A stretch of 64,000 nucleotides of DNA, taken from assembly GCA_002269645.1 (NCBI GenBank), contig NIVC01000417.1, positions 1-64,000 on the forward strand. Reading direction: 5' to 3'. The notes under the pieces are model-generated. The model did not search any database, had not been told where the DNA came from, and worked only from the letters and a program-made list of their open reading frames with translations. A program made the position numbers and the translations under genes. This document shows, piece by piece, positions 24,176 to 36,899 of the stretch (its first letter is position 1; the number at the start of each line of letters is the position of its first letter). Source of the stretch: Macrostomum lignano (Eukaryota).

Positions 24176-26480
24176 ATGGCCGATAATCTAAGCCAGCACT
24201 CGGCGAAGCAGCTCTACTCAGCTCTGAAGACCGCAATCCAGTGCGGCGACGATTCTGAGATGGAGCGTCTGACGCAGGACGTGGCTGATCGAATCGGCGA
24301 GTCGAGCGATTCCACAGCCAGAGACATCGTGTTTGCAGCTGCTCGCGACAGCCTCGGGCTGGCCGCTCTGCGAGCTCTGGCTGATCGCATCGGCATTGAT
24401 GCCTTCCTGCTCAGAGACAGCAACGGCGACTCCATTGTACACATGGTAGCCGAAAATCATCAGAGCTCCGAGTCCATGCAGCTCATCAAGGACGCAATGC
24501 GAGAGACTCACTGTTTCAAGTCGCCCAACAGGGACAGCAGAGGTGGCACTGTGGCACACTGTGCCGCGAGGAATCGGCACACAAGCTCATCTCTTGAGTG
24601 GCTGCTCAACAATCTCGGACCAGGTTGTCTTGACGACATTTACGCTAGTGGAAACTCGCCCGTACACCTGGCGTCACAACACCAGACTGCTGAGTCGATG
24701 CAGATTATCAAGCAGAAAATGGGTAACAATACCGAAAGCTTTAAGCAGAAGGGATTCCGTAACCGGACGGCGCTTCACTGCGCCGCCATGAACCGCCAGG
24801 GTCCATCGGCTTTTAACTGGCTTGTGGAGGAGCTGGAAGCGGCTTGCTTCAGCGAGAAGGACGAAGATCAGTACACAGCCATGCACATCGCTGCCGAGCG
24901 CCAGAGATACGAAGTGCTACAGCTAATTAAAGCGAAGACAAACAATGCGAAGTGTTTTAAAACCAAAGGCTTCAACAGGATGACTGTTGTCCACTCGGCC
25001 GCCAAGAACGAGTTCGGCAGCTCTTCGCTCGAATGGTTAGTTAACGAGCTCGGACATCAAGTACTCACGGACACGGACGGGGATGGAAACACTGTGGTCC
25101 ACATTGCAGCCGCCTTCCAAACGGCTGACTGCATGAGGTTCATCAAGGAGAAAATGACCGGAGTTGAGTGTTTCACCGAAACAGGCATGAAGTTTTCTAC
25201 TGTGGTGCATTACGCTGCACTGAACAAGATTAGCAACTCGGCTCTTCATTGGTTGGTGGATGAACTTGGACAGAAGTGCTTGGAGGTAAAGGATCAGGAG
25301 GGCAATACGGTTATTCACAATGCTGCCGGCTCACAAAATGCGGAGACCATGGAGTTTATCAAAAGGAAGATGAACGGCGTCAGTTGTTTTAAACAGGGAG
25401 AAAGAATGACACCGGTGCATTGTGCTGCCTTCAACACATCAACTTTTTCTGCACTCACGTGGCTAGTGAAAGAGCTTGGTCCAGAATGCCTGTTAAATAA
25501 GGATTATCAAGGCGACACAGTCATCCATATAGCTGCTTATTACCAATCGGCAGAGTGCATGCAGTTCATCAAGGATACCCTGGGCGGCATGAAGCACTTC
25601 AGACTAAAAGGTCGTTTCCGCAACAGCATTACAAACAGTGCAGCTCAAAATAAGACCGGTGACTCGGCGTTGAAGTGGCTGGTGAACGAACTTGGGACAG
25701 AGTATCTTAAAAGTCAGGACGTTGAAGGAAACACGCCTATTCACGACGCAGCGGAGTTTCAGACAGATGAAACACTGAAGTTTATCAAAAAGAAGATGAA
25801 CGGTTCCGAGTGCTTCAGCCTCAGGGGCAGAGACAGGATGACTGCTGTTCACTGCGCTGCAATGAACAAGAAAAGCAGTTTAGCGTTCAAGTGGCTAGTG
25901 AACGAGCTCGGAGTCAAGTGTCTGATGGACAGAGACTCAGACGACAGCACTCCTCTTCATATAGCAGCCGAGTTTCAGGATGTGAACGTTCTGCACTTCC
26001 TTAAGGAGAAGACAAAGGGCGTCGAATGTTTCAAGACCCGTGGATACAACAAAATCACTGTTGTGCATTCTGCCGCGACAACTCAGAGAGTGAGTCCACT
26101 ACCGCTTAAGTGGATGATCAACGAGCTGGGGCCCCGAGTGCCTTCTGTACAGTGACAGGAGAGGCGACACCGTGATCCACGCGGCAGCCGAGTTTCAAAC
26201 TAAGGAAACCTTGCAGTTAATCAAGGAGAAGCTGAGCGATGTAAAAATTTTTCGCAAAGTGAGGGGTCGCAACGGAATGAAAACGGTGCACGTGGCTGCT
26301 CTGAATAAGGTGAGCCGGCAAACCCTCCGCTGGCTGATAAAGCAGCTTGGACCGGAGTGCATCAAGGACGTGAATGATAATGGTCAAACCGTTATGGATC
26401 TGTGCCGGTTTTTCGAGGCCAACTTTGGAATGAAGCAGATGCGCAAGGAGATTTTCCAGAAACTCGAAGAGCCGCTGTGA
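24176..26480 (+). CDS. Intronless ankyrin-repeat protein (~767 aa) made of nine 72-aa A/B double repeats; one apparent +1 C at 26132-26135
   Basis: Recurring G-x-T-x-x-H-x-AA motifs every ~36 aa. Removing one C from GGGGCCCCGAG restores ELGPECLLYSDRRGDTVIHAAAEFQ and joins ORFs 24176-26155 and 26172-26480. Confidence 0.88.
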
Positions 26481-26917
26481 GAATTTACAAATCAGTCGGT
26501 ATAGCAATTTCAGATGGTTACTATTCGATCTATTGGTAAAGCCATCTGAAAAAACCAGAATATATTCAAGACTTTTATAATTAGAGAAATAGAGGGCTGC
26601 TTAACTGCACTATTACCCACTACATATTAACCAATGATACTTGCACTTTAAAATCACTTCTTTCCTCGTAAGATACGTAGGTGCGACTGTCTGCAAACAA
26701 CTGACGTGTTTTAATTGATCAAATCAAGTTTCTTTGCACACCTGCCATCTGTGTTTTTTCACAGTTTCCTCTTTTTATCTCAATGTCAGGAAGTTTGACG
26801 CTACTTTAGCACTATATTATTGAGTAAATTTTGTTTCGACTAAAGTTATCTATCCTAGTAACGTGCACTCCCCAGTCCCCATGCATACAAATGCTTAAAA
26901 ATATTTACATTGATTTT

Positions 26918-26924
<7 letters not shown>

Positions 26925-26959
<35 letters not shown>
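26925..26959. repeat. (TA)n microsatellite
   Basis: Pure TA run abutting a TA-targeting MITE. Confidence 0.9.
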
Positions 26960-26963
<4 letters not shown>

Positions 26964-27920
26964 AGTGCGTCCAAAAAGTTCTTAGACACCCCTCCTATCT
27001 CTGCATCTGTTCAATCGATTTTTATAAAAAAATATACAAACATGGACTAATATGTAATGAATTCAGTGCTAAAGTTTCAGCTTAATCGGGTTGACAGAGC
27101 AAAAGCAATCGATCATTTACTGAGGAACCTACGAAATTAGCAATACGATTTTAAGCTCAACAAAGTGTAAAAAGTTATTGAGCAAACAGTTTAAACTGAC
27201 GAGTTCCAGAACTTCAAAAAACAGATCACCAATCGTGACAATCTTCAGAAGAGTCTTCATTCCGTTGAATGCACTTGTCATTGTCATATCGCATCGGCAA
27301 CTCCTCATCCTCAATCCACGCCGACCACATATCCCTAGGTGTCGCTCTGATCAGCCCCTCAGCAGCCGCTTGCAGCTCGGGGGAATCTGGCAAACCGCTG
27401 GCCTCTTGGACTCATCCTGCGTGCTGAAATCTGCTCTTGAACTCGTCTCCCAGAGCTGAAACTGCCGCCCTTTGTTGCAAGCAGACTTCGTATTGGCGCT
27501 TCTTTTGCTGTTGAACCATCTGAGGCTGGTTCCGTGTCTCAGCATCTGAATGCTTACTGCTTTGTTCTTTTTTTGCTCTTTAATCTATGGCTAAACCTTT
27601 ACAGCTTGAATTAGTATTAAATCAATTAAGGTATTTATCAATACTCAGCGAAAGCAGTAATATTTTGATTAATTTTTTAAAAATGAGCTGCAATGTCACC
27701 ACTGGAGTCCAGATTTGATGCTTTTCAAAAATCGTATTGCTAATTTCGTAGATTCCTCAGTAAATGATCGATTGCTTTTGCTCTGTCAACCCGATTAAGC
27801 TGAAACTTTAGCACTGAACTCATTAGACATAAGCCCAGGTTTGTGTAAGTTTTTATAAAAATCGATTGAACAGATGCAGAGATAGGAGGGGTGTCTAAAA
27901 ACTTTTTGGACGCACCAAGG
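26960..27920. mobile_element. Non-autonomous Tc1/mariner-type element with ~190-bp TIRs and TA target duplication
   Basis: Left CCTTAGTGCGTCCAAAAAGTTCTTAGACACCCCTCCTATCTCTGC... pairs with right ...GCAGAGATAGGAGGGGTGTCTAAAAACTTTTTGGACGCACCAAGG; TA on both sides; no intact internal ORF. Confidence 0.9.
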
Positions 27921-28910
27921 TATATGCTAATAAAAACGGTTTGTCTGTGTGTGTCTGTCTTATATATGCCAATTTTGACACTAAAAATGATCCTAATACC
28001 CAGATAAACTGGCGAATGAAGTAAAATTAAATGAAGAGAATTCAGATTTTAGAATAGATATGGAACAGGGAAACAACTGAGTGGATCTGGAACAGGAATT
28101 GGATCTCAATCAAGTGGATCTGGAATTTGGATTGAAACGCAAGCGATATTTAGTATTTCAAATACTTCAAAGGAAGCTATAAGAATTGGGCGGGTGAACT
28201 TATAAAAAAATAAACAAGCAAGTAAGCGCTATCGAAATAATAATTTTGCATGGCTAAAGCGACATCAGCTTCAAACTTGGCAACTACAAAGATGTATTAT
28301 AATTTATAATTATGAACAGAAAAACAGCGTATTATTTATTGCACAAGCGACAGTAGAGCTGGTCAGTCATCAGACCGATATTGATAAATCACTTGTAATA
28401 AATTTATTACAATTTGAAATAAATTAAACAGAGTTAAGGTCGCGCACCGAGCAGTGCATTCAAAAGCTAAATAAATAGTTGTACAAACAGCCTGGGATAT
28501 GTACAACAGCATTAACTGTACGTACCAAATTGTTATAGAGAGAAAAGCACGTTTCATAATTGAATAAAATGCGTTCATTTCAGAAAATGAACTGGAAAAA
28601 AATAAACAATTATAAATATAACGAATATATTGCGTAAAATGCTACTTACTAGTAGAGCTGCATGTGTAAAACAAAATGTTTCATTTTCAATGGACGATTG
28701 AAAGAGAAGAAAGGAGATTATATAACATATGTTTGTTACTAGCGAATGTGTTTTGGCAAAGGTATAACAAATACGAACAAGTATAAATGGTTAAATAAAC
28801 AACATCGATTACATAGCATGCAACATGGTTGGACTGGTTATGAGGAATATTGAGCTGCCAGCTTAAAAAGCGCACAAACTTTGATATATCATGAAACCTA
28901 CTAAAATTAT

Positions 28911-31900
28911 TTAGAACTGCTGCTGCTGCTGCTGTTGAAATCCCATAGGATCACAATTTGAAGTGCCAGGTACGCCCATGACAGCTGCTGAACTTTGAGT
29001 TGGCACAGACGATGAAGCTGCGGATGTAGCTGAAAATTCCGGCATAGATGTTGCACCTTTGTCCACTTCGCGTTTCTTTAAACAGGCCGCCTTCGGGTTG
29101 AGATTGCGTTCTGGAAAGTTGGAAAAAAATTTTACTTACTTTTTTAGCAAACAAAAACTAGGCGTGTTACTTAACGTAGGATATTTATTGCAGGGGGCTG
29201 GTATGGCTAGCCTTCGGTAATTCTGCTCAATCCACTGACTCCTGAGCAGACAAGCGCGCCAATGGCTGTGAATTGCAGGATAACCCGTGGGCCAATCTCT
29301 GGGAAGTAAAATAGGAAAGAAGTGAATCTAGACGACTCAAATTCGCCAAAGAGTCTCCTTAAAAGTCAATTTGGAACGTTTTATATTGTCTGCGACTGTG
29401 AAGCGACTCTGGGGCCGTAGAGTCCAGCCAGAGTGGCTGTGGAATCACTGAGTTACTTTATGATGTCATCAACGTTAAAAAAAGCGATACAATTCTAATA
29501 TAAACAGTTCATAACTGACCTCGAACCTGCTGCTCCAGAGCGGTGATCACAGCTACGGCCTGTTGCAGAACACTCAGCTTAGTCTGGGGCTTCTCGTGGT
29601 GCATATGCAGTGTGGTCATGCGGCCCAACTCTTTGAAGGCCGAATTGATGTCGCGGACTCGAACTCTGCGATTAATATTGTTAAATTAAAGGCAAATATC
29701 GTATTTTATCTGATTTTTTATTAAGAAAAGTCCTACATAACTAAATTAGTATAAAACAATAAATTGTTAAGCAACAGCGCAGTCAATCAAACAATTTACC
29801 GCAATTAAACACCTAATTAAGATAAAGCCGCAATTATTTTTTTGTAATTAGAGATCAAACGACGCCGCAATTAATTATCTACAATAAAGATCAAACGACG
29901 CCGCAATTAACTATCTACAATAAAGATCAAACGACGCCGCAATTAATTATCTACAATAAAGATCAAACGACGCCGCAATTAATTATCTACAATAAAGATC
30001 AAACGACGCCGCAATTAATTATCTAATTGAAGATCAAACGAGGCCGCCACCACCCCGCTCACCTCTCTCTGGCATTATTGGCGTGCCGCCTGGCGGACTC
30101 CCTGACCAGCCTCTGTCCGGGACTCAAACCGGCCAAATCCGAACTGTCGCCGTCGCTGTCCCCGCCGGTGCCGAAGTCAAAGTTACTGTCTCCGCCGCCG
30201 GCGCCGCCGCCGAAGCAGAACTCGGCAAAGTCGTCCATGCTGCCAACGCCGCTGCCGGCAAGACTGGAAGGCGCCGCCACTGAAGCTGCACCTGTGGGCA
30301 CTTCGGAGGCAGCGACCGACGCTGTCGTTGCCATCGGTGCGCCGGCTGTTCGCTTCTTCTTAGTAGAAGATTTCTGCTGCTGCTGCTGCTGCCCAGCAAC
30401 CGTTGCTAAGGAAGCCGCCGATGGCATAGATACGCCATCGATTTCGTCGGATCCGGGCAGGCTCACAGCCTGAGCTTTCACTACACGTGAGAGCGGGTTA
30501 GCCTGCGGCTGTCCGGCTGGCATAGCAACGGTTGCTACGGACAGGGGAGCCGACAGAGCCGGCAGTTCCAGCGGCTGCTCTTTGACCTGCTGGAAAGTTT
30601 TGATGGATGGGGAAAATTAACGATAATCACTGGGGGAATGAAAATCCCGTCTGTGAAGTACAAATGATATTTTTCCCGATTTAGAGTCCTCAATCTTAGG
30701 TATCAACATACGAGCTACTTTGTTAACTCATAAAGGGAGCAACCCTGAAAGGGATTCAACTGATAAAGGAGGTCAACTGATACAGGAGTCTACTGATAGA
30801 GTGGGTCAACTCAGCGAGGGTCAACTGATAGAGGGGGTCAACTCAGCGAGGGTCAACTGATAGAGGGGGTCACTTCATAGCGAAGTCAAAACATTGGGGT
30901 GGTCAACAACTCATAGAGGAGTGGTCAATGATTAGAGGGGGTTAACACAGCGGGTTATATCACAGAGGGGGTCAACTCACAGGTAGTCAACTTACAGGGA
31001 ATCAACTAACAGGGGGTCAACTAAGCGACGTTAAATCACGGAGGGGGTCAACAACTTATAGGGAGGTCAACTCCGAGAGGGGTCAACTGAGGGGATTGAC
31101 TCACAGAGGGAGTCAACACAGAGTTCAAGTCACATTCGCTAAAAGATATCATTTTAAATAGCCAAACCTGAAAAGTCGGACAGCCAACAAAATCTGTGCC
31201 GGCAGAATTGGCTACGGCCGAGGCCGCTGCGGCATTGGCGGGCGAGACAGCGGCACCAGGGTTCAGTTTGTCCGACATGCCGATTGAAGCAGCCTGCGGC
31301 AGATTTTTGATTGGGCGACGGTCGAAATGATTTGGTCAATCCTTTACTGCCCAAATCTTTGAATTGACATTTTTACGACAGCACATCTAACTGCAGCATA
31401 AGTTGACCCCTCTACGAGTGACCCCTATACTAGTTGACCTCTACGAGTTGACACCTTCTAAGAGCTGACCCCCTCTGCGAGTTGACCCCTCTGCGAGTTG
31501 ACCCCTCTGCGAGCTGACCCCCTTCGCGAGTTGACCCCCTCTGCGAGTTAAACCCCTCTGCGAGTTGACCCTCTCTACGAGTTGACCCCCTCTACGAGTT
31601 GAACCCCTCTGCGAATTGACTCCCTCTACGAGTTGACCCCCTCTAAGAGTTGACCCCCTGTACGAGTTGACCCCCTGTACGAGTTGACCCCCTCTACGAG
31701 TTGACCCCCTCTACGAGTTGACCCCCTCTACGAGTTGACCCCCTCTACGAGTTGACCCCTCTACGAGTTGACCCCCTCTGCGAGTTGACCCCATCTACGA
31801 TTTGACCTATTTCTGAGCTGACCCCTAACGAATTTTTTCGAGTTGACTTGCCCTCACTTTTGTCCAGAGAATCGTCCAGCCCAGCAAACCAAAAAAATTC

Positions 31901-33891
31901 ATTCAATTAAACAAAACTCTCACAGAACTCACGGAATAGACACTAGCAGCAACAGGCTGGCAGTCCATCTTCAAGCTGGCATGCTGCTGTGGCAAACTTG
32001 TAGCAAACCCGCTCGTTGCCATGGTAGACATCGGTGCGCCCCAGGCTGGAGCGGCAGCGCTGGCGGACGGAGGTGGCGGATAAGCGGCAGGCCCAGCCGA
32101 GGACAGATGGTGCGGCTGCTGCAACGGCTGCTCCAACTGATAGCCTACCGAGGCCTGATGCTGCTGCTGATGATGATACTGCTGATAATAGGGATGCTGG
32201 ACTAGCGACGGATGAAGCTCGGACGGAGGTCGCATTGACAAGTCAACTCCGGTCGCTGGGTAAAAACAAATATATAATTGCTTACTGGATAAATTGTTAT
32301 AACGCTTCGCAAGCCAAATGCTGACTGGCAACATGCTTCATACAGTTTCCCCGTAGCCTTTCCATTATTCATATTTGTTGCAAAGCAATTTTCTGCCACT
32401 TCCCGTGACTCTGCGTACGGCTGTTCAGTCCAAGGACTGGGGGGGGGGGGGGGTCGCCACACACAGCCTCAATTACCCCAGCTAATGCTGGCATCCATTT
32501 TACAGCTGGGTGAGCTGAAGCAATGCAGAGTTAAGTGTCTTGCTTAAGGACACAAATTGCTTCAGTGAGATCGGGAATCGAACCTCTGACCTTTCAGTCG
32601 CGAGGTCGACGCTCTGACAACTAGGCTACAATATAGTGATGAAGTAAAAAAATAAAAGTACAATGCAATACATAAACATGTCTTGTTTTAATTGTTGCAC
32701 AAGAAGAATGGCTGGGACTGCATTTAATCTCAACTTTAATATTGAAATTACGGTGGAATTAAATGCTTCAAGTCTACTATAAGTAGCTGAAAAGTATGCA
32801 ATAAATCATTAAAAGTCGTAACTCACGATCTAAGCCTGAAGACAAAGGAAAATGAGTCTGGCCATCCAGATGGTAGGCGCTGCCATTACCAGAGGCGCCA
32901 GGCAGAGTGTGAAGCGTCTGCTAAAATTAGATCGATTTGTTAAAATTTATAAATTGATCGAATTTAAATTAAAAATAATCTACTTTAACTATGAAGAATT
33001 TTTTGTTGAATGATTAGCTACATACTAACCGCGACCAAAATAGCTTAACTTGTTTCTTTCTTTAAACATAAAATCGTCGAGCCTTTAAAGCATTTCTTAG
33101 AAACAGTTTCCATGGCAGTTGCCAGTTGCTTATAAATCTAACTGAAAAAAAACAGTAAAATTGAACAAAATTTGCTTACCTTGGAGTTCAACAATAAATC
33201 AGCTGACGGATTAGAATCTGAAAAAACAATTGCAACTAATATTAATGCGCCGCTTAAATAAAGTACATCACAACAGAAATGGCTGGTTGTGAGCACTTCA
33301 CTCACGAGTAGGAGGCGGCAGTGCATCTTGGTTACCGGGGTCGCAAACAGAGAAATAGCCAGAATTTGATGAGGAAACTGGCGGATAAGGCATAGCCTGC
33401 TGTTGACGATGCTGATGAAGCGGCTGCGACGGAGGCTGGGCTAGTTGCTGTTGTGCACCATAGGCTCCAGTTTCCATGGAGGTGAAATATGACCAGTCTG
33501 AAATGACCAGAAATAAGTAGTTATAAGCAGTTGCATTATTTCTTGTTTTGTTAAGCATAAGCACCTCTGCCTACGCTATTAACATGCAGGTTAGCGCACA
33601 ACTCACCAGCAAACGGAGTGGCAGACTGCTGGTAGGGGACCAGCGGATCCTGCAGGTAATTCTTGCCGTAGTCGGCAGAGTAGAATGGAAACCCCAGCTG
33701 GCCAGCTAAGGACGGCTGCAAACCAGTCTGAAAAAAAAATATATTTAAAAAATCAATTTTAATGCTTATCAATCAATGCAGAGTTAGGGTAAGAGTAAGA
33801 CTATGGCAAAACAAACATTTTCCATTATCATACAACTTACAGGGTCATAAGATGCATGCTGGAATCCATTGTAATCAATGCCTTTATCCAT
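28911..33891 (-). CDS. da: Class I bHLH E-protein (daughterless / TCF3-TCF4-TCF12 family), ~561 aa, 8 coding exons
   Basis: Exons 33891-33841, 33727-33607, 33497-33306, 32255-31933, 31293-31168, 30589-30063, 29665-29520, 29110-28911 (1,686 nt, phases consistent). b[76 protein letters not shown] matches the E-protein signature. Confidence 0.95.
29853..30040. repeat. 36-bp minisatellite, ~5 copies, intronic
   Basis: AGATCAAACGACGCCGCAATTAATTATCTACAATAA tandem in the intron splitting the basic region of the bHLH. Confidence 0.9.
30750..31110. repeat. Degenerate GAGGGGGTCAACT minisatellite (inverse of the 31400-31850 array)
   Basis: Repeated GGGGTCAACT(C/G)A cores. Confidence 0.75.
31400..31850. 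repeat. ~17-bp minisatellite (GAGTTGACCCCCTCTAC)
   Basis: About 20 tandem units, intronic in da. Confidence 0.9.
32411..32628 (-). mobile_element. tRNA-derived SINE with CORE-like central domain (copy 1)
   Basis: The minus strand has an A-box-like TAGCCTAGTTG and B-box GGTTCGATTCC. The central CCATTTTACAGCTGGGTGAGCTGAAGC..GTTAAGTGTCTTGCTTAAGGACACA resembles the MIR CORE (from recall). A second copy is at 57072. Confidence 0.8.
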
Positions 33892-34348
33892 TGGAGTGAG
33901 CAGTCACAATATGAGCTGAAAATTTACAATATTGACGATCTATGTTACATAGCAATCCAGATCTTTTTATAAACTTAAACTAAGAATTATGACTTAGGCC
34001 TATTTACAAGCGTAGGAGAGGGTTTAAACAAGTAAACAAGTATACAAGTTATCAGTTTTAACAATTTATAATAGTCAATAGTAGTATTAAAGTTATATGA
34101 ATATATGTTAAAATTACAAATTGTTAAAATAAATATATAAGAAACAAGCTAATTAGACCTTAGGAGTTAGGCCCCAATCTATAGGAAAAAAATATGACAG
34201 GGAATTTATATCATACATTGGCCTTTTGTGTTGTACATACTATTATAAACATAACATTTATAGCGCATTCAAGCATCAACCAACTATCTGTACACTTGTC
34301 TACAACAAGGATTGTTATATACCAGTAGTATATTTATAACTGCTTAGC

Positions 34349-34715
34349 CCAAGGGTCAGCACACTCTGGCCTGTGGGCCACATGCAGCCCACAAAGCCTC
34401 TCTATCTGGCCCTCAGGTCTTTTGAAACTTCACAATAGCAATCCGGCCCACTTTAGGTTTGTGTCTCTGCAGTTTTCTTCTCTCACTTTATCTTATCTCT
34501 ATTCTCCTCTTCATCTCCTCCCATTTCTCCTTGCCTCTCCCTTTTCTCCTCTCCCTCTACTCTCAGACTCTTATCTTTCTTCTCTCCTCTCCTCTCTTCT
34601 ACTTTTCCTCACCTCTCCTTTCTCATATTTCTCTTCCCTATTCTTCATCCTATCCTTGCAGCCATGCCTTAGGTTCTTTATTTGGCCCTTAAGGTAAACA
34701 GTTTGCCAACCATTG
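34349..34715. mobile_element. Old hAT(Charlie/MER)-like MITE
   Basis: Left AAGGGTCAGCACACTCTGGCCTGTGGGCCACATGCAGCCC and right TGGCCC...AGTTTGCCAACCATTG resemble hAT MITE ends; degenerate, and no TSD could be verified. Confidence 0.4.
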
Positions 34716-36313
34716 GCTTAGCCTCTATTTGGAACATAGTGAAAATTGCAAATGGCCATTTGTTATAGTTTTTGCATTTTTCAATATTGCAGTACAGTCA
34801 ATACGTGGCAATCATAGAATTTTCTATAGCACAAGAAAATTATGAAAATACCTATTACCTAGACTAAGATATCACATTATAGCTATTTTATGAGTTTTTG
34901 GCAAATGAGTTAAGAAGTTAAGAATTAAAAGAATTTTAAGTCATAAAAAACCATAGTTAAAACAATTTTTCATTTCATCTTCAATATTTATATCCCATTT
35001 TCATATAGTGTGTTAATGCTTCTATATCATATATTGCACATTTAGGCTATTTATGGCTTGTGTTGTTCTACAATTTCTAAACTTATTCAAATAGATACTT
35101 AGCTAAAACAATCAGTGCATTGCCAATAGTCCTTGTATTTGAATTGATATGAAGTGAAAAAACTGACCTTATTTTTCTAATATTTAAAATTAACAATCTT
35201 TTAATAGTCAAATAATAGTTCCAACCCTTTTTAATTCTATTTTTTAATCATATTGCTAGTCTATAGTAGTGCAGAGGGGGGGATGAAGGGGTGGAGACCA
35301 AGGGCTTATACAAGACATCTAGCTAAGCAGAGCTTTTAAGCTACCTTAACTTTAGTAAAAGCCAACCAATGAAGCCATACTAAGAGGAGGATAAGAGGGT
35401 GATGAAAGGGTTAAGGGCTATTCAAGCCATAATATATGCACTATGATCCACGGCCAACCAAATTTTGAAGGTTGCACATGTATGAAAATAATAGAAATAT
35501 AAATTAGATTAGGAGAAAATTGGCAGTTGTTATTTGTCTGGTTACTAGATAATGACCATGCTTTTTTATTCATCCAGTTATTATCAGACAAATAGGCATT
35601 TTGTTATTTGTCTAGTTAAATTGATAATGCTAAAATATCTATTTTATAGAAACTACAAGGGGGAAATATTCTTAGACTTCAAATACTTCTTACTCATATC
35701 TTTAATAATATGTTGTTATACTAGTGTGTCTTATAAAATTATGCCAAATTGAATAATACACTGCTTTGCTTACTAGTAATACTATACAACAAAATATTAA
35801 TCAGTATACAAAAAAGGCCTTAAAAATTTAGAATATTCATCACAAAACAAATAGATACTTGTGTTAGCAATTTAACTGGACAAATAGCAAAAAGGCTATT
35901 TGTCCAGTCACTAGACAAATAACAACTAACAAGAAAATTAGACTAACTTAAAGTTAGGCCCCAATATATTTTCTTTAAAAACAAAGCTATATCATTTATA
36001 AAGCATTATACTAATATTATACTTAAAAAAATAATCAAAACTTCTTTTTAGGTATTTGGAATGGAATGGAAAGCTATAGCATAGCCATAGGTCTGATAAA
36101 AAACTTTTTAGAATTTAGATCTATTCCTTCTCTCTACTTAAAATATCTAAGAGGTCTACTACTGTTTTCTAGTGCTATTATGGCATCTCTCTAGTCGTCT
36201 AGAGTACATTATGGCACCCCTTTAATGTATATTATAGTGGCCCTCTTCTTGGCTCTAGGCTCTAGTCTAGTGTCTATTATGGCTCCCTTTTAATTTTTTA
36301 TATATATTATAGC

Positions 36314-36899
36314 GGCAATAGTGCAGTTTCATTCACGAAATTATTTTTTGTTTAAATTTGAAAGTTTGGAACCAGAAAACAATAACAACAATAAAATTGA
36401 TGTTTTAAACTATTCTAACGATTGTGGCAGAGTTTTTAGCTCCCTGGTTGCCAAACTTGCCAACTCGTCATTGTGTTCTAGTGGCGGATACAGAGCTTGT
36501 CACTGGGCACTGTTCCACATTTGGCGGAACTATCCACGAGGGTCTTAGTAGTTGTCTAGCCATGATACAATATGTTGTCCAAAAGAAAAAGCAGATATTA
36601 TATTAACAGCTTCTCAGCTAAAGGGAAATAGTTCAAGCCCCCCCACTTGAGCTCCTTTCAATTTTTTTAACTATTTTTTCCATAGACAACTTGCATTTCA
36701 ACTCAAGTAGCATTTAAGCATGGAACAGATTTAATAAAAAAGTATATTAATAGAGCGCCCATTTGCTTTAAAGTTCCGTGACCAGTGAGCTTTGACACAG
36801 TCGCTAGAATGGTTTAAAACATCGTTGTTATTGTTTTCTGGTTTCAAACTTTCAAATTTAAACGAAAAATAATTTCGCGAATGAAACTGCACTATTGCC
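36314..36899. mobile_element. 586-bp MITE with ~110-bp TIRs (GGCAATAGTGCAG...) and 8-bp TSD ATTATAGC
   Basis: ATTATAGC at 36306-36313 and 36900-36907 flank the inverted ends GGCAATAGTGCAGTTTCATTC / GAATGAAACTGCACTATTGCC. Confidence 0.88.

Noticed and set aside
22309-27920. Composite transposon carrying the ankyrin gene
   Set aside because: The Tc1 terminus and the MITE TIRs are unrelated, the MITE is self-contained with its own TA TSDs, and there is no shared outer TSD.
32570-32628. tRNA gene (also at 57230-57290)
   Set aside because: A/B boxes are present, but the cloverleaf is incomplete and each is attached to a shared SINE body.
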